Source: Antedon mediterranea
Lineage: Eukaryota; Animalia; Echinodermata
NCBI RefSeq assembly: GCF_964355755.1
Contig: NC_092675.1
Coordinates: forward strand, 4,955,812-5,019,811
Length of the DNA: 64,000 bases
Reading direction: 5' to 3'
Shown: positions 35,325 through 47,000 of the stretch, one piece after another
Numbering within the stretch: the first letter of the stretch is position 1
Layout of the letters: the number at the start of each line of letters is the position of its first letter
Translations under genes and position numbers: made by a program
Notes under the pieces: generated by a model
Told to the model about the DNA's origin: nothing
The model's input: only the letters and a program-made list of their open reading frames with translations
Database searches by the model: none

Positions 35325-38300
35325 TCGTGTTATAGTTACCCAATATTTAAATAAATTATTAATTCAGATAACCACGTTTAACTGCTGGTATCACATTATC
35401 AGTTATCATTTCTTTAAACAAATTTCATTTCTTTATTACTTTCTCAATTCACAAGAAAAATAAACATTGCAAAATGAAATCAAATTTAATATTGAATCAT
35501 TGCACTGCATCGACAAGTGTTTATAGGCTTACATCGTATACACATTTGTTTATAAAGCAATGCTTCTTTCAATCATGTAGTTAGTGAGTACTTTAAGAAC
35601 ATTTTTAAATTGAAGACGACAAAAATGTTGTCTATCCGACATTGCAACTTAACTGGAATACTGCTGGAGAGTGACATTGAAGAGGTGTTTTAGAACCTCC
35701 AATTTATGTAATGATACCATGAAATACAGATATCCATCCAGTGCCATATCTTTGACACAGTATTTCTACTTGATTAACGACCAAAGTTACTATTACCATA
35801 ATTAGGCCTAATTGAAGTACAAACTTATAAGTTTTAAGTCAATTGGAATAGGAAGACATATCATTTGTATAATGTCTGGTTTGTATTTTGTATTGCTACG
35901 TTTTATACCATTTTTAAATTCATTTGCTAAATCTGTATTATACAATTCATCATTTTTGTATGGATATTATCTGAAATAAAAATAAGCATTTTGTACGAAG
36001 TATAACGAAAAACGTTATAAGAATTTAAAATTAATTACCACATACAATGTTATATTATGATTCATGTTGTAAATATTCGAATCTTTGTAAATAGAGTTTA
36101 ATGTATCGGAAAACATGGTACAGTATACAATTCGTTAAAAAATAATCATTTTCTACGAAATATAAACGTAATAAAATTTATAAATCAACACATAAAATGT
36201 TGTAGGATATTAAAAGGTTTATGTTGTAATTATTCTTAGTACGCAATAGACGCAATAATGTATCGTCTAAATATTTAAGAATTCCTAATTACACTGTAGG
36301 CCCAGGCCTCTGTCTGCCATATCAATCCAGGCGATTCTCGTACGGTGCCGTGTCTAGAGACACTACACAGAAGTCATGGATGCCCATGTCCAGTTAACTT
36401 AATGAAAAAAGAGGTAGTGCAGTGTCAGAAAAGATACCGATTATCAGTACTCTCCATATACATACATGTGGTGCGTAGCCTATATCATGTACGTTTAGGT
36501 TTAGGTATACACTAGGCGATACATGTGATACGATATCCAAATATTCCTATATGTCTGTAATATAGATACAGTACCGAGAATTGTGTAGAAAAGAAACTAC
36601 AGGCGCTGTCTCTGATACAGTACGAGAACCGGATGACAAGTATTTATGTAGTTTTAATATTTTTAACCCATACAATAAAACTAATAAATTGATATTGTAA
36701 AATCTGCTTATGCCAAGATTTATCTTTCTATTGACGCTATGATTTTGATAATAAAACTTCTGCAAAACAACGTTTTGTTTGTATGACTTTGAGGTAATAG
36801 AATCGGAAATAATAGTTATGCTCAGCCAATCCTTCAAAACAACTAAAAGAACACAGCCCTTGTTATCACAAACATATCAAATATGTAAATTGCTGGAACT
36901 AAAAACCTGTAACAGGACTCAATTCACAAAGAAAAACTAAATATTAATAATAGACAAATTTTCGGAATAATTATCTTAAACCATCGTGGTACACTACCGT
37001 TCTTAAACTAAGGGTATTTAAAGAAGATAAAAATGGAATTGCGGTCGAACAAATTTAACTATATATCTTATATACATGTGTTGTGATCGTTTACATGTAG
37101 AGTTGTAGTGTCAAATGTGAATAGTAAAGCACGATTATCGGCTATAGTGATCGTTTGGCACTATAAATATACAACCACAACACATTCCGTTTGGTCCGTG
37201 TACAGATTGACATTTTCTACTGGTGAGAGGTTTTGAATCTTCGATTGAACAAAGCTTCTTGAATTTCTACAGTCAGGCAGTATTATAATAAAACAAAAGA
37301 ATAATTTGCATATTACGTTTAGAATGGGTGGCGCAATTTTATATACACAGTTAAGTCAGTAATATTCCTTTAGTAGTTTATCATAACAGAGCAATGTCAA
37401 GGATAAGCTTCATAAAGATGATATGTAAAGTTTCCCCTAGTTAGGATGTGTAATGTTTAGGAAGAAGCTTCTAACGTGGAGTTCGAGATGCTACAAAAGT
37501 GCACATTGAAGGCTCACCGAATCTTATTGATTCGATTATAGATTAGTTCAAACATGAAACTATAATTTATAGCTCCATGGCCATGGATAGCTCATGGTTT
37601 AAACTATGAATTTAGTTAACGTCATAGTTCACCATTGAAAGTCCATTAAACAAGTAAATGGTTTTTAGGCGCGTCAAACGGAACCCACAACAATTGACAG
37701 TTATATAAATATTCTGCAAAATACTAATAATGTAATACAGTTAGGCCAAGTAAGTCTATATTAGTCCATACCACCCGTAGAGTTACAAAATCCCAATAAA
37801 GTTTTATTTCTTCTAGGCCTAGGCCTATGTGTACAAACCATGACCTTCTAGGTGAATTTACATGATCAATATAAGTTGCCTATTGAAAACAAACTATAAC
37901 ATATATGATGTTGTACACCATGTGTTATAGATATTTTCACTTTAAATTTTAAAGTTTTAATAATTTACTATGAATTCGTTGAGTTTAGTTTAAATACAAT
38001 TATCTGGTCTCTTTAATGTTTTAATGTTTCAATACTATTATAGTATATGTATATAAGGCGTAATATTTTATTCAGATAAATTATAAAGCTGTGTCCTTAC
38101 TTTTAAGAAATGGTAGAATTAGTAGCTGGACTATGAACGATTCAGATGATAACGGTATAATTATGATTATATTACTTAACCTATGTAAATACTAGAGTAC
38201 GTGCTTGGTCGCAATAGCTACAGATACGAGGATCAACAACGTTTATTATCGGAACTGTAATCTGACATTAGATTAGGCCTACACTCAATAAAAATCAAAT

Positions 38301-38549
38301 GGCAGGGTTCATTTTTTAGTCAAATAGTTGAACACATCCATATTCATTACAAATATATATTTCCATCAATGCTAAAATGTCTCACAGCAAAATACCAAGG
38401 AAGAGGGGAATTTCATTCTTCCTTGTTAATAATGACAATACCACAATTAAGGAGTTCATCAACTCTAGCTCCAAAGACAATGCTTTCACTGTTGATTTTA
38501 CATGCAATAACTCACATTATACGGCATACAGTGTAGTATACCACATGAT

Positions 38550-38730
38550 GTTCTGTTAATAATAACCGATTTTCTTATCAAATATTGAATGCATCATTTT
38601 ATAGGGTCAATATTTACAAAGGCGCCCTTAGCCCTACATAAGTATATCGCCTTATATATGTTTCTTATCAGATGAACTTGGACTTTAGTCAATAAAAAGT
38701 CAGGCACGCCCGAGTTGTTCAGTATAAACC
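38550..38730 (+). promoter_or_regulatory. Putative proximal promoter of the aminopeptidase gene
   Basis: TATAAA at 38723, 62 bp before the ATG. Two identical TTTCTTATCA GATA sites (38571, 38661), Fox-like TATTTAC (38611), HNF4-like TGGACTTT (38679), HNF1-like GTTAATAATAAC (38555). These are motif matches only. Confidence 0.4.
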
Positions 38731-38784
38731 TGTATCGGGTTAACTTGGTGTTCTCTCTACGTGTCGTCTTTAAACAACCGAAGA

Positions 38785-41700
38785 ATGGATAGAAATTGGT
38801 TTTACGTGTGTATATTGGCTTTTGTTGTTATTTTCTCTGCAGTAGAAGGAGCTGACGTATGGGAGGAATTAAGATTACCATCAAACATCAAACCGAACCT
38901 GTATGATCTAACCTTGCATCCTAATTTGACTACAGATACGTTCAGTGGATTTGTCGATATAGATGTCACCGTATCAAGTCCTACAGACACCTTTCTAGTA
39001 CATATAAAAGAGCTTACAATCTCTAATACCAAAATCACCTCGAAGGAGGGTGGACTAGAGTGGGCAAAAGAAAAGGAGTTTCCATACACAGAAAATGAGT
39101 TTTACGTCATTCAAACAAAGACGGATCTACCAATTGGAGATTACATCCTTCATTACGAATTTACTGGTTCACTTGTCGGCCATATTGTTGGCTTTTATAA
39201 GAGCACATATTACAACAAAGATGGAAAACTAATGTAAGTGCCATTTTTATATTGTAGGTCTAGACACATATAGTTACTAGTACTGCTGAATAAGACACAC
39301 CTACCTGTACTAGTGTAGCTCAATCGTTGGGAGAGACGGTCGTAGCCCCACATACATACCATTATAGAACATGTATAGCATGTGTATGATACAAAAAGTT
39401 GTAACTATTTACTATTAACACACTGACGTAAGTCTGCTTCAAATGTGTGAAAATTGATTATAATATAGAATTTAAACATAATATTCATTAATCGATTAAA
39501 TGCTAAAAATGTACAGATGTTTCTTCGTTTATAATAATACAGTGTCGACTTAAACTGTTTTCTCCATTATAAAAACTCTATTTTACACCATCTGTTGTAC
39601 AGTAGGCCTATATGACCCCGATGTCAGTGTAAATATGAAATTGAAACTTTGTATGACACCATTTTGTATACAGTAGGTCTATCAATATACATGCAGTTAT
39701 TTTTAATAGCATGGTGATTAAACCTCACTGATTAAGGCTCTGACTTGTATTTATTTGGCTTTTCGACGTTTCTATTATTTACCTGAATTTTAGTCAATAT
39801 TAACAAATAAAACTGACAATAAATTTAAAGCAGGTAGTCAATTAGGCCTTAGTGACGTTTCGCTTTTTTTTTTATTTTTAGGAGCATGGCAACAAGCAAA
39901 TTTGAACCAACAGATGCTAGACGTGCATTTCCATGTTTCGATGAACCAAACCTGAAAGCTAATTATACAACTACATTGGTGCATGCCAATGGATACGATG
40001 CTCTCTCAAACATGAATATTGAATATGTAAGTCAGAAGAGCTAGACTGTTGCTCAAATAATACATTTTACACATTATTACATCAAACATCCTAAGGCATT
40101 CAATTAGATTATTGATTGTTAAGGCCTATTTTCAATTAAGTACATCTTTTTTAAATGACATATTTTAACTGCAGTTCGTAAAAAAACAAGTTAATCTGTT
40201 CAGTTGATCAGTGGAATACAGTATGATATTTACTATTTGACATTCTACAATTCCAGTGATAGCACGTTACTGAATTGTTTAATCTGTATTTTTGAGTTCT
40301 TTAATGTAGATTATGTCTATATCAATAATAAACGTCCCTCGATTCTGATCATGAACCCATAATCCAACTTTCTTTTTCACTTATAATACTATATTTTAGA
40401 TTCAATATAAACCGGATGGACTTGTTTATACACGTTTCCATACTTCCGTAAAAATGAGCACCTATCTTGCTTGTTTTATCGTCTGCGACTTTGCGTACAT
40501 CGAGGGTGAAACCGCTAGAGGAGTTAAGGTAATGAATGAGAAACGGTAATCAGCGTTGTTGTTTTACAATGCCCAGGAAAATCAAACCAATACAGTGGTT
40601 TGATAGATAATTTACTGGTACTCAACCATGGACCATCCGATTATCCATGTATCTATAATATTGTTCAGTGTCACATTTTCGTCAAAACTGATCATATACA
40701 TTTTTTAGATTAACGTTAAAGTGAAAGAAATTGCACATTTCATAGAAATTTACATGATACTAAGGGCCTACTTGCAATCGGCAAATCTGGGATTTGAATC
40801 ATGTTGATTAACCCAGAATATAGACAACATACCCTTAACATATACTATAAACGATTGATTAAGTAAAAATAATTTTGATTATTGTTAAAAATAGGCAGTG
40901 CAATATGTAATGTTTTATTTTATACTTGATTAGTTCAGGGTCTATGCGCCACACGATTCAATTGACCAGGCTCAATACGCTCTCAACCTTGGCATAAATG
41001 TAACTGATTACTACGAAGATTACTTTAATATACCATATCCACTGCCTAAACTCGGTAAGTGTTTAAACATATTTTTAGTTATCTTGTATTTACTGAATGT
41101 TTCTTGCTTTGGTTAGATTATTATTTCATGTGTTTCTTTACAAAAGTAATTATTTACTCCAAATATTACGCGCCTTATTATGCGTACAGAATAGATAGAA
41201 ATCAAATAAATCATGACATTAACATGGTCTATATAGTGTTATATACAAATGTTATATAGCCTAGTTTATAGTTTTCATTGTAAAACAGAATGGACAATTA
41301 ACCCATAGAGATATTATAGTGAACTATAATATCTCTATGATTAACCCCAGGCTTATAAAACGTCAAGTGTCATGCCATAATCACGTGTCATTTTGCGATG
41401 GTATGCATAGTTTTCATCAATGGTGGTAATAGGTTTACTAAAGTATAGATAAAAACTGAAGGTTAAACAAATTATGATTGATAAGAATACCACTTTATCC
41501 GATGTCATGTTAACTAACTAACAATTAAACTAACTAAACTATACGCTCATAAATATAATCGTACATTATACAAATAATGAATGTTTATGAGTGCAATGGT
41601 ACAAATAATGGCACGAGGTGAATGATGAAAGGTTATATCAACGAGGCAAAACCGAGTTGATATAACCTTTCATCATTCACCAAGTGCCATTATTTGTACC

Positions 41701-44048
41701 ATTACACGAATACAAAACATTCATTATTTGTTTTATATAACATCTAGACGTTTTTTTTTCGTACACAAAAATGTCTCAAAAAGTACTATTTAACGATCGT
41801 TGAATAGTGCGTACTATTGCACGCCATGTGACCCACATTCGTCCAATCAAATGACAGGAATTTATATAGGTGTTATATAAAATTACTTATTTGATGAACT
41901 ATCCCTTAAAGATGAAGTGAAGAGAAAAGTGTTTCGGATTAAACATTACTTGATAATCCTCCTTTCTTAAATTGTAGATACGTCAATGCAAATAAAATTA
42001 GTATGATTAGCATCGATTGCAACGTATTTCTAACAACATGTTTCGACACTGAAAAATGTCTTCAAAACAAAACATGAGTATCGCAATGAACGATACAACG
42101 ATATAAATAGATCCCATATATATATTTGCTATTAGATATGATTGCTATTCCGGACTTTGTTTCTGGAGCAATGGAACATTGGGGACTGATTACATACCGG
42201 GAAACCAACTTGTTGTATGATAATCTAGAATCTTCAGAAGCTAACAAACAGAGAGTGGCTGCTGTAATATCCCATGAACTTGCGCACCAGGTAAGTCAAA
42301 TCAGACAAACTATCCCCCACCCCAATAAGGCCTACAATGTATGCCTAATGAAACCGTAACAATAAAATAGATACATTAATTATTATAACGGGTTCAATCT
42401 ATGATGATAGAGTACCAGCATTTTCTATTCAGCGCGGAAGACGTAGCCTACATTTCTTAAAATTACAGTGTATATATATTTTCTCTTGAATGTCCACCTG
42501 TGCCTTATTTAAATTATACATGTCTTTTTTTCTTGCAGTGGTTTGGGAATATAGTAACTATGGATTGGTGGGATGACTTGTGGCTTAACGAAGGGTTTGC
42601 TAGCTTTTTAGAATATAGTGGAGTCGCACATGCAGAACCGGACTGGCAAATGGTATTTTAGTAGTTAAAGCTTGGTTTCCACTTAGACGCAACGCAGTGA
42701 CGTAACCGCGTCACAAGCAATTTGACCAATCATGACGCAATGATATTCGAACTGTTCCTTTACGATTGATCAACTCACTTCCGTTGTGCCTACGTCATTG
42801 TGTTGCGTCCAAGAAGTGAGAACAAAGTTTTCCCTTCCCTGTGTGTTCGTTTCTTTACATACTGAGTGATTATAATCCGCATTAAAGATATAAATGTAAT
42901 AAGGTTTAAGTTTCCTTTTTGTGTCCCCGCCCACTGCCGGGTTCTGTGTTGAATTTCTGTGATGAAAAGACCTACTGTACTGTACGAAGGGATTGTGTTA
43001 GCATAGAAAGAATAGGTTAGGCCTATATGAAAACTGAAAAGCTTCCATAAGTGTAATCTGCATCATTTATTCGTAACAGCTTGACCAATTTGTGACTGAA
43101 GATATGTATTATGTAATGGGACTCGATCAGATTGTTTCATCTCATCCTATAATTATTGAAGTCAATCATCCAGATGAAATAAACGAAATATTTGACTCTA
43201 TTTCGTATAGCAAGGTAATGCATTTTACATTTACACATTTAATTAAGTTAAATACTTTTAGCCAGGTTCTTCTTCTTCAGAAATAGTAATTACTAAAAGC
43301 ATGGCTAAAAGTTAGCGCTGCTAGGTCAAAATTGTTGCGTAAACGCGAACTACAGAAGCTCCTTGACGGCGGTGAAGTAAACAGTAAATTTACAGAAATG
43401 TTTTAAAATTAAGATCATCCGAGACCTTCTAAAAATATATTTGTAAAAACAATTAAGCAGGACCTATTTATGCATTATAACATGAAATATATATATAAAC
43501 AAATCAGGCAAAGAACTTTAATTCTAAACCGCCCGGTGATATACTGAAATGTAATTAATTAATTTGAAACGATAAAGATAACGAAATCTGTGAGAATGAG
43601 AAAAATTCGCCCCAACCGAGACTCGAACTCCGACCGCCTGCTTGATATGCAGATGTCCTAACCATTAGACCACTGGGGCTTTCATGGTATTGTTTGAACT
43701 CGATTGGATAGCGACTCTTTAACATTCTCGGCGTGGTACGGCGGAACAGCACTAGTCCTCAGTTGTACGCATGCGCACCAGAGATCAAATTGATACGCCC
43801 TCATCTTACAGTATAGTATTTTTATTCACGAGGCGGGATCTCCGAAGAGATACTTCTATATAATATATAAACAAATCAGACAAAGAACATTAATTCTAAA
43901 CCGCCCGGTGATATACTGAAATTTAATTAATTAATTTGAAACGATAAAGATAAGGAAATCTGTGAGAATGAGAAAAAGTCGCCCCAACCGAGACTCGAAC
44001 TCGGACCGCCTGCTTGATATGCAGATGTCCTAACCATTAGGAAATATG

Positions 44049-44088
<40 letters not shown>

Positions 44089-47000
44089 CATATTACTGAA
44101 ATTATCATTATTATATTATATGTTTTACAGGGTGCATCAGTTTTACGTATGTTAAATGACATCATGGGAGAGGATACTTTTAGAGAAGGATTAACGGTTA
44201 GTATTTTCATTGAGACTTAGTACCGTAATTGATTTTGTTAAACACCCCCCCCCCCCCCTACATACTTACAGAAGAACAAGTTGTCGAATAAAGAGGTTGA
44301 AGGCGGATAAGCGTGTACCGTATTATATGACAGATATAAAAAAAAAAAAAAACCCCTAAAGAACAAGTATGAATAAACAAACATAATGATATTATTAGTC
44401 AATTTTTATTTCAGAACTACTTAAATAAATTTTCGTACGCGAATGCTAAAACTGACGATCTGTGGAAAGAACTTGGTGATGTAAGTATAGAATTGTTATT
44501 TTTGCAAGGCATTTCATCCGTCCTCCTCTCGAATCTCTTACAAAATCAAAGGGGATGGTATCTACCGATGTTTGTTCATGCCAACGTTATAAATGGTAAG
44601 CCTAATATATACATTATTATGTTTAAGGTTAGCGGCATGGATATTAAAGGCATAATGGACACTTGGACACTTCAGATGGGATTTCCTGTAGTGACTTTAA
44701 ATCGCAATACAGATACTGAACTAGGTGCTTCTCAAGAGTGGTTTCTTGTTGATCCGGCAGCTAACAAAAGCCAAGATGAATTCGGATCTTCTTTCAAGTA
44801 AGACTGGCCATTTACACGTGTCATTTGATTAACTTGTTGAACATAAAACGATTGTTAGAACTTGAAACGGAAGGGAATGGGGAATAGGATGTTGGGAGGC
44901 CATACATGTAAAAGATACAATGTTACTTGTCACCATACCATTAGCAAATGACACTTGCTACACTTAATGATCAGTAATCATCCTACAAATTATTGATTTC
45001 ATAAATTGAGAAATGTATTTTGGCCGATTATATAAATGAAATAATAAATTGCTTAAACGAGAAACCAGAGAAACCAGATATTGATCATGCTCATCAGTGT
45101 ATAAAGATCATTGTCATTTGATTGTTTTTGAAATTTAAAATTATTCCCTATCTTTTATATTGTTTCAGTTATAAATGGAATATTTACTTCGATTACTCGT
45201 TTGATAACAATCTTGTTGAAAGCACACAGATGGACAAAGGGAATGGTAAGACTGAATAATAAGTTAAAAGAAATAACGATTACAATATTTAATGAATGCT
45301 CACAGACGATTTAAGGGATCGATGAATAGACGAATTATTAACGAACGGACGATGGAGTTATATAAATGAACGAATTACCAATGAATCGTATCCGGATATT
45401 CATCCCCTGGACATTTACCCCCCGGAAAACTACCCCCCGGACAACCACCACCTGGACAACTACCCCCTTAGGACAACTACCCCTTTAGGACAACTACCCC
45501 CCGGACAAATACCTCCCGGACAACTACCCCCTTAGGACAACAGCCCCCTTAAGACAACTACCCCCTGGACAACTACCCCCGGACAATTACCCCCTATGAA
45601 CAATTACCCCTGACAATTACCCCCCGGACAATTCCCCCCCCCCCCGGGTAATTACCCCGCGAACAACTACCTCTGACACAATAGGACAACTACCTCCTGA
45701 ACCTGGACAATACTCCGAGGGCAAATAATCTTTTAGGACAACTACCTCCGTTGGACAACTAACCCCTGTACAACTACCCCCGGACAATTACCCCCTAGGA
45801 ACAATTACCCCCAGCCAATTACCCCCTGGACAATGACCCCCCCCCCCCCCCCCCCCGGGTAACCCCGCGGACAACCCAACCCAATGAATGAATAAACGAA
45901 TGATCGAATGAACGTAAGAATTAGCAAACGAAACAATGTTTGTTTTACATATAATAGAAAAGTGATGGGGAAGGATGGGAATTTTAGCACGATCTTTATT
46001 GCTGAATCGTATACGGTACTTAATTGATTTTGCATAATATAGGTTATTTATGTTTTCATAAAATAGATTAAGTTTGAAAAATAGTATTTCGTTCATTTTT
46101 TATAGTGAAAATAACGACTCCAGATAAATTTAATTGGGTCATAGCGAATCGAAACCAGACTGGATACTATCGTGTAAACTACGATTCAGAAACATGGAAT
46201 GCCCTCATTGTGGAACTTCAGAACAATCATGAGGTTAGAAAACAGCCATTTTAGTGGGTTTTACGTTGGACTTATTTGTAATCAATGGTCATATAACATC
46301 ATCATATATATTTCTATCTGTCTATGTAGCCTATACATTTTCTTAAGAAGACTTTATGATTTATGACGTGTTTACGTTTATAATAATAATAATAATCGTA
46401 TAATATCGGTGCAACGATGGGGGCTCACTTCTACATATTTTCTGGTTAAAATTTGTGATACCCACTCATCCAGACAAGACACGAGGTATACTTCAACACA
46501 ATTTGATCATTAGTACCGTGTAACTACAATTACCGAGTCTACTTAATTTGAGTTATTTTTTTCAATTTTAATAACAATATTTGAGTTCTTTTTTTCAATT
46601 TTAATAACAATTTTGTCTATAAGGTGATACCTGTGGCTGATAGATCAGGGCTTATTGATGATGCATTCAATCTGGCTAGGTTAGTTTTTGTTCTATTATT
46701 AATATTGAAAAATAATAATATTTTTATTATAGTGTTTGTTTTTGTTTTGTTTTTCATTGTTGTCCAACCTTTGTCTCATATATTATTTTTAAGGTCTGGA
46801 CAAATTGATTATTTTATACCACTGAACATCACAAAGTATTTCAATAAAGAAACAGAGTATATTCCGTGGGACGCAGCTTACAGCAACATAAACTGGATAA
46901 GTGAAATTCTACGATACAGACCACTGTTTGCAGATTGGAGGGTAAGCTTCGCCGGCAGCGATATTTCTTTTCCGTACATAAGTTTGGGACTTCTTATGAA

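Noticed and set aside
40627-40649. CATGGA..TCCATG mini-hairpin
   Set aside because: No flanking 7-bp direct repeat, so it is not counted as a footprint.
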